Source: Phoronis australis
Taxonomy: Eukaryota; Animalia; Phoronida
Length of the DNA stretch: 64,000 nt
Direction of reading: 5' to 3'
Assembly: GCA_002633005.1 (NCBI GenBank)
Contig: NMRA01000722.1
Coordinates: 62,001-126,000 of the forward strand
Numbering within the stretch: position 1 is the stretch's first letter; the number at the start of each line of letters is the position of its first letter. Positions 24,847 through 39,436 of this stretch are shown one piece after another. The notes below the pieces were generated by a model. The model was not told the DNA's origin. It searched no databases and saw only the letters and a program-made list of their open reading frames with translations. The translations under genes and the position numbers were made by a program.

Positions 24847-27800
24847 CTGTCCGAATATCAAGTTATGCCAGCGCATTCACATGATATACCTCTGAGTCAA
24901 GTTTTGAAATTCATCAATTGGTTCTCACGATATCATACGGAAACACTCTTCCTTTGCAATCGATGTGGAAAGCCCCTTGCTTAGAATAAAATGGCCACTA
25001 GGACGTGCTGCAGAGGTGGAATCCCCTAAAAATTTTACTGCCGAGTCTGCTGTTGCACTGTCATCTCATATCTCTGTGTCAAGTTTCATTGAAATCCGTC
25101 AATCCGTTCTCTAGATATTATTAGGAAATGCTCAGTTCTTCAACCAAAAACACTGAAAGTCACGCCCCCTGGCCCCAGCATGCAGAACATCTTGAAAAGT
25201 GGCAAGAACCCTTTTAGTGATGCCATACACCTTTGTGCCAAATTTCATCAAAATCTCACTACGGTTTTTGAGATATTGAGAGGACACCAGGACAACCTCA
25301 CAACATTTAAATCAGCCTAACTCGTCCTGACCCTGGACATAGTGATGACAATATACAGGTACAACCACATTATATATACATACAGTGTATATGGGTGCAT
25401 AAAGAAGGCTGTGTTTGGCAATACTCTTTTTCACAAAAATCAATGAGATTTTAATATACACTTGCCGATCACGCAGACCCTTATAGTCACTTATTATTGG
25501 CATCTTCAAGCATGAAATATTGAATTTATCTGCAAAACCAGTGACCATTTGCATGAAACAATCCCACATAGTGGCTTAATCATGCTCCAAACATATCCGG
25601 GCATTTATGATTTAATTCGTGCACTGATTGAACTTTCCAATACTGTCTTAGCTTCATCAATAAGTCTATTTTAAGCACATACCAAAAGTGAACTCTACAT
25701 CCAGTTCTCAGTATTACTGAAAATAAATAGGAAATTTTTCATGCACTATACCTAATTTAAGGACAAAGTGCGTATTTATTTTCGTTGAAATAAGTGGCTC
25801 AATTTTCAGATATATTGTAAGAAAACAGTCAAAGAGGAGATAAAGTAATCCGAAACATAACATTTATGAGCAAACAAAATGTGTAGACGATTTAGTCCAG
25901 ACCCTATTTGGGGATGTTTGATGGAACCAGCCGCAAGTATGTGAACACTGGTATAACTTAAATCCAGCACAGGTGATATTGTTGTAAAAACAATAACAAG
26001 GAATGTCATGTGTTTTCTATTAAGTGAAGCTTAACTGCACTTTTTGATATAGGATTCATCAGACATATGGTAAGCAGGTTATTTCAGCCAAGGCTGTTTT
26101 GAAATAAAATACATGGCAGAAGCAATGTATTGCAATGGCATGTGCTTGAATAACCGTGGCCCTACTGCATAAGACTAAGCTATGTATTGCAATGGTATGT
26201 GCATGAATAACCGTGGCCTTACTGCATAAGACAAGGAAAAATGACCCGACGTTAATTAGGTTTTGCTATTAGTTGACGAAGAAACAATAAGTGATTGCTG
26301 CAAGTGCCGATAAACCTTTGTTTGTAAAGACTTTGAATTTCTGTTGATGTCACAGCATTTTTCCTTAAGTTTCAAATACCAAAAAAAGCGATCTGATAAC
26401 TGCTTGTCACTTAGTCAATTTTTCTCCCACAAGGCAAAGCATATCTCCTCATTTGGTATGGAAGACTTAGACGTAGCACTTTTCCCCTATATGGAAAATG
26501 TGACTTTTGACATTTGATGTTAACAAAACAATGACGACTTCAAGAAGCATCCATCTGTGAGCGTATGAGCACAGGTATATATAATTAGGGGCGGGGATTT
26601 GAAAACTGTACTTAGTTAAAAGAGTTTATATTTTGTTTGTGCTTTGAAAATATTGAATCTGACTTCCTATAAATTCTTCCTATATTCCAAACTCTCACAT
26701 TTGCATCCTCTAGAAGTAGATTCACCACGATCGGTTTAAAAGGTGTTTTTTACAAATATCTGCGTTCCATGCCTCTTTAACTAGTTATTACAATATCATT
26801 GACTAAAAATGGGGCAGTTATGGTCGATTACAAGAAGGTCCTATTAGCCATATGTTGCCAAAGTGGGGAAAATTGCCGACTTACTGTACGGTATGTTGAA
26901 TGAAACTTGTCACATTAAGATTTTTGAAATTACGGACAGTGCTGCTATTTGTACATTTTTAGTGTTGCAACAAAATTCATGTGCAAGTACAACCAACAGG
27001 TAATGTTTAACAGAAAATGCAATCTATAGACAATGAGCTTCAGTTGTCCAGGGTTTATTTCATGAAAAACAACTAAAGACAACATTTCTGTCCACTTCAA
27101 AGTTACTCATTAAAGTTTAGCCAAGTGTCTATGAGCACATCACAATATAGAAATGAAACTTATTTCAGTAACTTGCAGGTATGTCCATATTCTCATATAC
27201 TAGACATTTGCTGAAGTGAGAATTAATTATTTTTCATAAACAGTTGTGTGGAGCCTAAGTCCAAGTCTAAAGACAATTTTCATGAAACACAATAATGAGC
27301 ACATACTGAATCAAGGAATCTTTCATGTCAAAGTTCACAAATTTATCACTGGCTGAATTTTCATTTGAATAAAGCAGCAATTTCTGAAGATTTTTGATTG
27401 AAATACTTTTCTTCATGTCCCATACAGAATATGTTCGTTCAAGTTACGAGTATCCTACTTAAAAATGCTAAGCTCATTTTATCAGCAGAACAAAATAGGT
27501 GAACTAACCCTTTTTACAAAACAATAATTGAAAAGGAATTGGTGTTCATGAGAAAGAACTGTTTGAATGGAACTGGTAGAAAGTCTGACTTATGTTCAAC
27601 AAACATCAAATGATTTATTGACCAAAACTTTATATCCACTCTCATCCAAAATCTTGAATCCAACCCTGCTGTGAAGCATCAAATTTAACATTTCTAGCAC
27701 TACTTCAAGAACAACAACGAATTTCCCCCCTTTCAATGTATAAAAGCCCATTCGGATTCAGCAAAGTCCATGAATCACATGTAAGGGCAGGTACAACTAC

Positions 27801-30800
27801 ACATTGAATACCTAGACGTACAGTAATATATACCAACACATACCAGACAGTGGGCTGGCAGCAATGTCCTGGGCTACCATTACAAATAAAAAAGCTACAA
27901 ACATTTCACTGACAACTCCAGCACACTCATCCTTCTTCATACATGCCAACAGCATCACACATGAAATGCTGAATGCTACTATTCTAGCGCTAAAACATTC
28001 AGATAAACATCATTTAAGAAATTCAGCCTAAAAGTCAATTAACTGTGGGCTGCGAGTCTAAAGTTTAATTATCTTAACCAGTAATATCATTTGTATCCTC
28101 TGACCTTATAGCATTTTATAGTGGTAATAAGCATTACACCAGTGGGTCAAAAATGGCCAACTTCAAGTACACTAAAACAAGATAAGATTCAAGTGGTTTA
28201 TTTAGCCAGAAATAACACCTCAGAGATCCATTCCACCACTGTAGAGTAAAACCAATAAAGAAGTGTTAATTTACTTAATTTCACAACTTGATTATTTGCA
28301 ACTGGTACAAAATTAAATCAAAACATTCTCCTCTACCCACTGCTTGAAATGGGATGCCCCAAGGTAATAGTCACATTACTTAAATAGCAGTCGATATACC
28401 TTTACTGGAATAAGTAAAAAAGATGATAGACTAGACACAGACAGTAGGAACAAAATAACATTACCCTATTAAATAACATTACACTATCACTGGTTGTTTA
28501 TCCATGTGAACTTGATGTCACAACATGTTGAAGTTTGTTTATTCAATAAATTTCTACTGGCAGCACCTCCCTGCCACAGCCTCCAATGTGATGGTCCTCC
28601 GATAGCCTCTTAGATTAAATATAAGTCAGCAAGCAAAGTTTTACCGTACAGGTCCCAGTGAACTAAAAAATCAGGAGGTGGGTATTGAGCCAAGCATGCA
28701 TGTTTAAAAATAAGAAGACAGAGATGGATATTTATCCAAACAAGCAATTTGTTGATGTTATACCGGTACTTACGTAACAACATGACAGTATGTTAAGTAT
28801 TCACTTATTTTACAGATAACATCACCTAAAAGTAAAATTCTATTTTGTCAAATATCACCACATGAATAGAGACTAAGAAACTGTTGGTCAGATGCTAGCA
28901 TCATTTTTACTGAGTGGATGTCACATAAAACAACTTTTGGTAAATTTTTCATAATTTACAGTAATCAGCTTGATCAATGGAAAAATGACAAATTTGGCAA
29001 TTATCTTTATGCAAAATCGTAAGCGGAGAATGATAGTAATTTTCCACCAGATTAAAGGCAAGGGGCCGGTGAAACCCGACGTGACCGTTTCCAGCTCAAA
29101 GGTAAATGAATTTTGTACATTTTGGGACCTAAAATTCGCGCAAGGTGAGCTAACACAATGACACATGTGCCTTCAAAGAAATGTTGAGGATACAAATATA
29201 ATGCTCAGTTGAATGAGGGAGTTCAACAGTGGAAAATTGGAACATATCAATGGGGGTGGGCTGTAAGCAAGAAGCTGAACATGGGAGATAATCCAAATGA
29301 GTTTACACAAGTATGGTAATAATAAGGTCTGACATGATAGTGTAAACTCTCACCATCACGAATCAATGATCTAATTAATTACCTTACATGATACAGAACA
29401 GGCAGCGCTCATTAAACCTACCTTGGATGTGATACAGTGTGCACCTGTTATCACTTTATTATCATCAACACTAGAGGGTGTAAGTGATTACACTAAATGA
29501 CTTCCTGGAACATTAGGAGGCATACTACAGTTATTACAGGGTTTTGGCTGCCGGCACACACCCAAGTGGAGACGAGTCCTTATCTCACGTCCTTATAGAG
29601 AGTCTGAAAAAACAACAGGTTTTTTGGCATTCCCAACACAAAAGCACTACTCATGATAACTGAAACTTAATTATGCTACAGATTTTTAATCGCTTAATTC
29701 ACATCCGGGAAAAAATACCGGCACACAAAAATAGGACCAAAAAACACCAAATTTGAAAGTTTTCTCCCCAAATTTACCACTTCCCTGCAACGGTGCTAGA
29801 AAAAATCTGACTACAGATTCAGAATGCTGGTTCTCTTTAGATTCTAAAAATGTGGTCACAATGTGCCATTTTTTGATCTGTCTGACAGCAACCTGAAATT
29901 GCATCCCGTTTCTCAGTCAGCAGGCGACATGGATTAAAAGCAAACGACAGCCACTATTTTGCATCAAAAGTAGGTCACAGCTAAAAAACTTGGCTTTTCT
30001 CATTCAAAAACACAAGTAAATCAGTTTCATGACAACTATTTTCAAAAAATTCATCAAACCACACGCCAAACCTGACACAACGCCCTCTATTTAAATTCTA
30101 GGGAATACAAAAGCCACAATTTGAAACAAAATGGGAGGTGATTCTAAACACGCAACAACTAGATGAATGGTTCAGTGAAGCTCATAGATCATATGTAGAG
30201 TTTTCGTTCAATACAAAACCAGATGCCCTTAACTCGGGTTAGTGGGTATGTTTTTTCATTTAGAATATGTGCCACCAATTTGCAGTTACGCACTTTTCAT
30301 TTAGAATCTGTGCCACCAATTTGCAGTTACGCACTTTTTTGTAAAGAAGAAGCTGGTGGTATACTTCATTTTGCATCACATGCCTTCTAGTTGGCAATGG
30401 TTCAGTGGATGAATTCAAAGGTGACTGTATCTTTCGGTCTTCTTACACGCATTGGAAGCATTATTTTTTGCAAACCTTCCTCTGGCTCAATGTTCTAATA
30501 AGTGTTTTGTTAAAGTTTATCCAACTCTCTAATATTAATGCTATCTTATTTATTGCTGGAAACTGAAAAAAAAGGAAACTGAAAAAAAAAGTCCCATGCA
30601 TTGAAAATCTGAAAACAGACGTTTTTTCAAAAATATTACAATATTGAAAATAATTATGTCCATTTAAAAACTGTAAAACGGGTTGCTATGTTGCTTTTAG
30701 TTTCAGGATTAAAGTTACGTGTCCCTTGGCAAGAAAATTGACGAACTGTGACCCAATTTGGGAACATCAGATCTCAAGAATGATAAGTCATGAAAATTTG

Positions 30801-31238
30801 GAAGCTTCTTGAATTTTATCTTGAACATTAATAGAAAAAGAAATTAGGTCATGTTTTGATACCAATGTTTTACTATTAAAGTGTCATCCTTTTTTACTTA
30901 ATTCTACTGAAAAGAACTTTAGGTCATTTGACATACTTTGACAAGATTTTTGAATAAATTTTCTGAATGCACAGACTTGACAATATGGATACTCATATTC
31001 TCTGGTTTTCCTTAAATGAATGTGTAAATATACAAGCTAATGAAAACCAACACTTAATTAGTTTTATGTTACTCTCTTATGCAAAGTTTGTTGAAAGTGA
31101 GAGTGACATCCATTTATTACAAAGTTTGAATACAGAGAGATTGCTATCAGACTATTCTTCTGGCAAGGATCAACATAATTATAAAGATCAATCACTTAAC
31201 AGAAAATCTCTTCAATTTCAGACATCAAAAATCACTTA
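24847..31238 (+). repeat. Large direct duplication, copy 2
   Basis: Starts immediately after n at 24846; scattered SNPs and small indels versus copy 1. Confidence 0.95.
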
Positions 31239-31693
31239 ATTGTCTTATCAAATGCTGAAAATGTTAGAAGTTTTACCAAACATTATCTGACAAAAAATGA
31301 ACAATCATACATGAGGTGAAACCTTCTTTTTGTTGAGAGATTTTGCAAAATTAAACCAGTTTTTTCCATGTTGTCTTAAAATTTAAGACATTTCACTGTA
31401 CTGTAAACTTTCCTCAAATTCAAAGAATAATAAATAAAACATTTTCAAAGGCTCACAACAGTATGAATAGATTACAAGATGACAATCAATATCTGCAGTA
31501 CCCAAATACAGTACCTAGAACCACAGTCTGTAACCATTAATACTAATAATAGGCATCTCTTCTACTGTGTCAATAGGGTATGATCATTGTATATTCACCA
31601 AATAAACCATTCATTCACGTGGGATACCTGTTGTAAACAGGAGGTGAAAGGGGTGACCTATATAAGTGACCTAGATAAGTGTCGGGTCATTAA

Positions 31694-32162
31694 AGGGCCT
31701 TTCACACTAACATCGATGCATTCATGTTTTGGGGAGTTGCGGTCAGTATGAACGCTTAACTTTGGTCCTGGATCAAAGTTAACTTCGCAATAAACATGCG
31801 GAGCGTCGACACTGCAGTGCATTATGAACTGTCAACTTCGGTCCCATCGAAGTTATCGTCAGGTGCAACAATTACAGGATAGTGTCGTCGCTAATAGTTG
31901 CTTATATTTTCCTCTAATAATCACCAATGGAACTAAAAATAAGTTTTATGTCAATTAGCACATGTAAATGTTCCCAAACTGTCACATTAAAAAAAATCTT
32001 AGCGTGCAGCGGTACCTTGCTATTACTTTGATGACAACAGTGTCACCTACCGTATACTTCAAAGTCCATTAACTATCGAAGCCAGTATGAACGATTTAGT
32101 TAACTTTGCAGTTTGCGTTGTCGCTCCGCTCAGACCGGATTTAAGTGAGTATGAAAAGGCCT
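31694..32162. mobile_element. PIF/Harbinger (Tourist-like) MITE
   Basis: TAA duplication at 31691-93 and 32163-65; 15-bp TIR AGGGCCTTTCACACT / AGTATGAAAAGGCCT. Confidence 0.75.
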
Positions 32163-32721
32163 TAAGAGTCATATCGTCAAGAGTAATTCACGAAAGATGG
32201 GATAAATTACTCTTATATAAGAAAAGCTTCAATAAATTAATTTAATTACAGTTAATTGGATCACATTGGTAACCTCTAGGCCGCATTTGGTTTAACTCAC
32301 ACATGGGCAGTTGGACATGATGCTTGGTAACTTTCGAACACTCGATACTTGCGAAGTCTGTATCGTATCATCAGTTTATGTGGCACAAACTTTTTAAGGT
32401 GAGAGGTGAAACTGTCAGGAAAATATATTTAATTTTATTCTGTGTGAAATAAGTGGACAATTTCTGTACTTTTGGATGATAAAATCACAGGTACATCACT
32501 ATGTATTTTTGAAATTTTACTCATTCAAACTTAAAATTTTTGTTCAGGTAAAAATTAATCAAATGATTATGAATCAAGACAAAAAAGATTTCCCAATTCT
32601 TGCATGCCATAAGTCTCGAACACCAATGGTATCTAATTTGTAGACGACTTTTGTATTTTTTTTTTTGGTTCACCAGAGATTGATTGGAGAATTAAACAAT
32701 GAGCCCCTCAGTTGTTGAACA

Positions 32722-33080
32722 ATATGGCCGCTCCGGATTACACACCGATAGAATTCTCCTTTGTCCCGGAGATAAGAAAGCGTGTGACCTAGTTTTAGGA
32801 ATCAGGTACATGTTTGTGTCGCTCATTGATTTTGGAAGGGAATAATTTCAGATCACGCATCCACGAGTATTTGTCCAGTTTATCAAACTTTTTCACGTCA
32901 GAGTTGCAGCCCACAACACAGCAGTATTACTTCATTGGCATTGTAAGAACAAATAGAGAAAAACTTGTCGAGAATCAGACAACAACAAATAACATTTGAA
33001 ACTCCAGTGGCACGAAAACAAGGCAGCAAATGTGCCTGACGGATGTTTAAGGCATTGTGGGTAAATACAGTGAGATTCTC
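32722..33080 (-). mobile_element. Truncated inverted copy of the THAP-remnant MITE at 36801-37187
   Basis: Reverse-complement similarity over ~350 bp. Confidence 0.75.
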
Positions 33081-34416
33081 AAGTGTAACTGTGTAAACAG
33101 GTACAGTCCTATTTCTGCATTTTCAGACCTAACTCTGTACTTTTAATACATACATTAACGGCTGGGTGACATAATCAAGGGCAGCTTCTTAAGTCAGGAA
33201 CTGATGAAGGATTCAGCTAGCTTACAGCTCCCTCTGTGAACAAATCATATCAACACATCTTCCCTTAGTCCATTTTGGGCAAAATCTGTAATTAAAAGAT
33301 AATAGATAAAAAATTGTGGGTACTTCCAACAATTAAACATAAAAAATAAACCATGAAGCTGTGTACTAAGAATTTTCATACTTCAAAAGTTGCACTGCAA
33401 AATTGATGAAGATTGCTAAATATAGACATGTAACATTTTACTACACGTAAATATAAATTTTTCAGTGTAAAGATGCATTCGACCCAACTGGACCACAACA
33501 AGGATACAAGACCTATCTGGAAAGAGGAGTGGATGTCTATTTCTCTTCAGTCACAACCTGCCTTGGAAATTACTGCTCAAAATTCATTAAGCTAGAATAA
33601 TGCTTATTTACAAGATTAATCGAGCTCAAAACTTTTTTTGGTCCTACCTTACTCCGTCAAATTTCGTATTATCTTGACATCAATGTAGGAGACATCTTTA
33701 TTTTTGCGTACTTTTGTATGCGACATGAGCTACGTTAGGCAAGTTAACCAACAATTGGCAAAGAAGCAAGGACATTCAAGCTTGCATAAAAATATCAAAC
33801 AAGGTGACGTACCATTAGGCTTGACGACGCTTGGTCAAACTTAGTACCTTTGCTTATTTTGGCCTTTCAGAACACAGTCCACAGCATATATCTTGTATAT
33901 AGATTGAGTCTGTTAATTGATTCTTTCTACTTCTCTGACTGATCGTCAGTTCTCCTGAATGTGCAATTCGCACGATTTGTTCATCTACTTCTTCTTAGAG
34001 TTTGTCCACCATTTCAACACAAAACATTGGTGATGGGAGGCTTGTAAGTTTCCACAAAATATCAAGTCACAACAAGTGGTGGTTTCACACACATGGACGA
34101 CATTCCAACAACAACTGGTTCTTTTTAGGATTGCGCTGAATGTGTACGAAGTCTTAACAATACAAGAACAAACATTTGCTATAAGATGTGATGCATGTGC
34201 TTCTCTTCACGAATACATTAACACATTATGCAAAAGTCAGCAAAAATTGTACTAGACACGAGATTTCTTACTCAAAAACGACAAACTTCTTACGACCAAT
34301 CAACACGGAGAACTCTGTCAAGGGAGCAGAAAGGATCCTGAATTCCACCAGAAAAATATCCAGCAGGGGAGATAATTGCAATGCTCCTTCCACCTTTGAA
34401 TTGAGAACGTCAGCAT

Positions 34417-34518
34417 TTACTGATTATTTTCCAGATCCATTAATAACTGATCCATGCAAGAGTTGTCACCCTCACTGTCATGGCCGTCATCAAGAGGATC
34501 ATGGTCCAGATTATTCAC
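34417..34518 (-). CDS. RDM1: RDM1 coding exon 6 (acidic tail, stop)
   Basis: Acceptor ctgttttctag; VNNLDHDPLDDGHDSEGDNSCMDQLLMDLENNQ*; phase 0 fits exon 5. Confidence 0.75.
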   Translation of the reverse strand: MNNLDHDPLDDGHDSEGDNSCMDQLLMDLENNQ

Positions 34519-34638
34519 CTAGAAAACAGTTGAACAATAACACAATGAAGACGGTTTTCTAGGTCTGTGTGAAAACAAAACATTTCTCATAAAACTGTAT
34601 GTGTACAATGCTATAAATTTTCACAGAGCACAGTTTTA

Positions 34639-35908
34639 AACAAGAGCAACGCTGAGTGTTGAAATGTGCCCACAACAGCACTGCAAATGACGTGCTTCTA
34701 TAGGTGCTTTTAGTATCATAACAATAGCCATTCTATGGCGCAGAATGCGTTTAACCCGTCTAAATTGAGAGGTTAAGCTGTCTCTATAATATGCAACTAT
34801 TTACCAAATTTCATGAAAATAAGCCAAGGAACTCCTAAGATATAGAGGCAAAGGTAAAAAACAATTGGCACTAGGGAGCACAGCTATAGCGTGATTAGAC
34901 TGAAACTTGTCGTCATCTGTTGTCATCTCTACAGAAGCCCATCTGCCAAATTTCGCAAAGATCCTTCAATGGGCTAAGGAGGTTCAGTCCTAGACGCAAA
35001 AAAACAAAATTGCCCTTAGGGAGTGCCAGCATAGTCGAAAAAATCCAAAAACATCAGCTGGGAACACAACCATCAATTCTCGTAATGATCCTTTGTGTGG
35101 TTTGGCAGATTGAGAGGCAGACGTCAAAAACATATGCAAAAACTTTTAAATGGCTACCAGATGGCACAGAAAACATCAAGTCTGTACAAAAATAAAAAGG
35201 CGTAGTCGTCTCTTTAACAGAAACCTATTTGCCAAATTTCGTAAAAGTACATTCATGAACTACGAAGATACAGAGGCAAACGGAAAAAAATCATTGTGCC
35301 ACTATGGGGAACAGTGGCATTTGGATCAGTTCAACACTTGTTACTGTTTGTTGTCAGGTCCACAGGAATACATCTGTCAAATTTCACAAAGTTGCTTCAA
35401 AGAGTTAAGGAGATTCGGTTGCAGAAGCAAAAAAAAAAACAAAAAACGCCACTGGGAGCCAACAAAGTTGTTACACCCGTTCAAAAGTCAGCGTCAGTCG
35501 AAGCCTTCTCATCAGGAACACATCTGTAAATTTTCATAATGATCCTTTGAGCAGTATTGTAGATAGAGAGGCGGACGCCAGAAAACTAAGGCAAAAATAA
35601 CAAAAATGGCTACAAGGTAGCATAAAATCCGTCAAATCCGTCAGAAAATGGAATGGAATTATCATCATCTTATTAAAAACCAATTTGTTGAATTTCACAA
35701 AAATCCACCATGAAACTTCTAAGATACAGAGGCAAACGTAAAAGACTGAAATTGCCACTACAGGGCACAGCAGTATTCAGATCTATCCAAAACGTGTTGT
35801 CATCCGTCGTGATAATCCTAGAAACCCACGTGCCAAATTTCATTATGAGCATGCAAGAGACAGAGATGATAGCAATATGTTCCCACATATAAAATATGGG
35901 CGCATAAA
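34639..35908. mobile_element. Second, more degraded copy of the 6802-8104 HINE-type element, in the last RDM1 intron
   Basis: Same AACAAGAGCAACGC start, eight repeat units and CCCACATAT..ATATGGGCGCAT end. Confidence 0.75.
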
Positions 35909-36800
35909 AATTAGTTTAGGTAGAAAGGTATTAAAGTGTTCTTAAAACCATTTACACACTTTCACCATGTTAGCATACTGATAAGCATCCTATACACTGT
36001 CGAATAAAATAGACAGAAAATGAACGATATTTGTGAAGATCAATAATTCTGACCAGCGAGTGATACAGCGGAATGCTTGAATACTTTCGGCAAATCATAC
36101 AACGAGTCTCTGTTAGCCACTCCCTAATGGGCATTTTCCTGTTCGTCAAATGCCAGTTTTATCAGGGGTCGCTGTTTTGTATCTCAGGTCGGGCGATCTC
36201 AGCAATTACTACTGTAACAATATTTTCGTCAAAGCAAAACTCGTTGAAAAGATCATTACAAACTAAGGAATTTGCAAGCTTCATGAGACATCAACTGACT
36301 TATCCCACATTCTACTCAAATATCTGTGCCATTTCCTAGCAAGGGCTATGCCCATGAACAGAAAGTCCCACAGTGTGACTGAAAGTCCTGTTGTCGAAAA
36401 ACCAACACAGTGCCTCACTATGATAGCAAAAATGTCTTAAAATAATGCGAAGATGTGGAACACAGACAACAAAATATGTTTACTTGATGGAAAAACAAAG
36501 TGCGTGCATTTTGTTGCTCACAATAGTATGTCACATGGGATAGCCAATAGCAAGCCAGCTGCATCTTTCAGAATTTCAGAATGGTTTCAATTGCCGATAC
36601 CTAGTCTCATTTCACACTCAAAAACGATTTTTTAACAGCCAACAATCTCTCTTCATCCCGGACCTCAAAGCATTCTCACTGACAGCAATACATTTCTCAC
36701 AAGCTGTATTTCTTTTCTCATATGCTTCAATTTTTCAAATGCATTTTTGTTAATATGGACCACAATGTATCTAAACTGAGTCTTTATTCTGCAACTTAAT

Positions 36801-37187
36801 AGGGCCCTCCCGGATTACACAGCAACACAAGAATCTCACTGTAATTATCCACAATGCTGCAAACATACGTCAGGCACATTTGCTGCCTCGTTTTCGTGCA
36901 ACTGGAGTTTCACATGTTATTTTTTGTTGTCTAATTCTTGACAAGTTTTTCTCATTACTCTATTCTTCCTTCCAATGCCAACAAAGTATTATATTGCTGT
37001 GTTGTGGGCTGCAACTCCGATGTGAAAAAGTTTGATAAACTGCACAAATACCCGTGGAAGCTTGATCTGAAATTATTCCCTTCCCGACATCAATGAGAGA
37101 TACGAAAATGTGCTTGATTTTCAAAAGTAGGTCGCTGATTTCCAGGACAAAGGAGAGTTCTATCGCTGTGTAATTCGGGATGGGCCT
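36801..37187 (+). mobile_element. MITE with THAP-domain start remnant (possibly ISL2EU/Harbinger-related)
   Basis: TIR AGGGCCCTCCCGGATTACACAGC / GCTGTGTAATTCGGGATGGGCCT flanked by AT; internal frameshifted MPTK..YCCVVGCNSDVKKFDKLHKYPW. Confidence 0.65.
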
Positions 37188-37915
37188 ATTGAAACTGCAT
37201 GAAACAGCAGAATAAACAGCTCAGGGAGACACAAAAAATACAATGCAAATTGTGAGAACATGCATGCAAAAAGAAAATAGAAGACCCTGTTAATGAGATG
37301 CTTGTGTAGTACAAAGACCCTGTTAATGTGGAAGACTGTGACTAGGTAAAATCTCACAAATTTAGGACAGAATATGGCTGACCGCAGAACTTCAATTTTC
37401 TCAGTAGCACTAGGATAATGCTTTACCATATTCAAGTTCTGAACCAAAACTAATAACAGACAACTTTTGAAAAGTTACTGGCTTTCACAAATTTGTTAGA
37501 AACCCCTGCAAAAATGACAAGGCAATTTTGACCATTATTTTTTTACGACGGATCAGACTGCATACCTGGCCCATATATTTTGCAGACAGCATTTTTTTCA
37601 GGACCAAATACCATACCCAAATCAAGTGCATATTTGGTAGATATGAGTGCACACCACGTCATTTCAATACACGTGTGCTGTTGATCATGGATTTACGCAT
37701 TGCCAATGTACGATTGTCTCTACATAATAACAAATTTGCCAATGAAAATATTTATGTTAAGGCTTTGTCAACCATTTTGTGAAACTATGGAAGCTTTCAC
37801 ATATAATCACAAATATTTCTCGAAGAATGTGCCTCTGACATATCCGCAGAAAACTGTCCTTATTCAACAGGGCTTACATATGTAAATCTAAGTACACATG
37901 ATGTGCGAGACACAC

Positions 37916-38103
37916 CTGCAGTAGCTTGGTATCCTCATACTTCTGCAGTGACAAGACATGTTCACTGTCTCTGTGATCAACGTCAACCCACACTTTAAAG
38001 TTGGGTAAAACAACCAGAACAAGCCTTTGAAAAGCATTCTCCATGGCACGATTGTAGGCATACTTCTGGCATTTACCAATAGCTTTACCTCTGCTTGTGC
38101 AAT
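37916..38103 (-). CDS. RDM1: RDM1 coding exon 5
   Basis: CTSRGKAIGKCQKYAYNRAMENAFQRLVLVVLPNFKVWVDVD...LLQ; acceptor tacagcag, donor gtgtgt. Confidence 0.9.
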
Positions 38104-39436
38104 CTGCTGTATGAAATGTACATAAATATTTAAGGTTATGTCAGACCCCATAAAAATGGACAAATTTAGATGAGATCGCATTCATAAGAAACTTTCAGTA
38201 TGCTTTAAGTCCTCTTCTCAAAAAATGCAGTAAGGAACTGTTCCATTTGCATGAGGGCAGGGGAGGGGGGTTCTCACCAAATATATTGACTTCTATGACT
38301 TTCATGAAGAATCTTGCATAAAACAAACTGATACTGTGTAAAAACATTGATGCTGTCTCTCCTTGAGTATTTATATCAAATAAAATTAATTTTGATCAGG
38401 TTTCTGATACCACTGTTTTGCTATCAATTTGCCTTTAATTTCTTTTTTACTAAATTTTACCAAAAAAACATGGCTACATGACCCTATTAATGAAAGATTG
38501 GTAAAAACAATCAAATTTTTCTCTCACCTTTTAGACAATAGGTACTTTTAAAACGCTATAGTTTTTTACATAATTAGCTCAATGCACAGGAGTCAATAAA
38601 GTCATGTATGGACCTTAAATTGATACTAGAGATCAAGAGATAAACTGAGAATTTTGCTTCACCAATTCTGTGAAAAGCTGATTTGATAGGCTTGATAACC
38701 AGTAAACATTTGAACAAAGAATGAACATAGTATGAACAATATGTATTCTTCAATTTCAGCACACCAAAATATCCCAACTGGCATTTTCATATGCTGACAA
38801 TCGTGCTGTGTCAGTTTTCCCACAGTCAAGCCTAGTGTTGTTGATAAATTTGTAAAAAATGAGACTTTTCTTCCAAAGATGTGACAATTTACTGCAGCAT
38901 AAAACATTTACCATACACACTGACATATAAGACAGGCAAACTGGCCTAAAATTTAGACTCCAAAGTCACAAGGTGGTGTTTGAGCGAATCAATGTTGCCA
39001 TCACACATTATTGTGTCTTATTACTTTCAGATTCAAATAAGACAATTAATGTAGGCAGCTGACTAATGTGCAAGTTTCCATAACAACAATATTGGCGATA
39101 TGAGGTGTAGCATATTGTGAAAATACAGGCCCAATTGTGATTTATGTTCCAGGTTAAATTGAAATGCAGTTTGCAATTTAGACCAATCACTACTCGCATA
39201 AAGTAATGAAAAAACACTTAAAATCACACACGTGGCAATGCAGCCCACCAAAAATTGAGTCAAACACGGACAGCAAATGCTAACGTAACCCATAAATTCT
39301 CCAAATTGTCCCACAGATTTGAAGTCTCATGAGTCAATTCTAAAATGCCCCTTCCCCCCATAACAATAATAACCCCATAAGTTCAACTGTTATCACATTT
39401 CATCAGCTCATTCCAGGCATTGAACAAGGGCCTCAC

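Noticed and set aside
19962-31239. Pairs of near-identical small ORFs suggesting a duplicated gene cluster
   Set aside because: By-product of the large duplication; no recognisable domains, and indels and stops differ between copies
34188-34562. 124-aa plus-strand ORF
   Set aside because: Antisense to the RDM1 last exon and 3' UTR; non-ATG start and no recognisable domain
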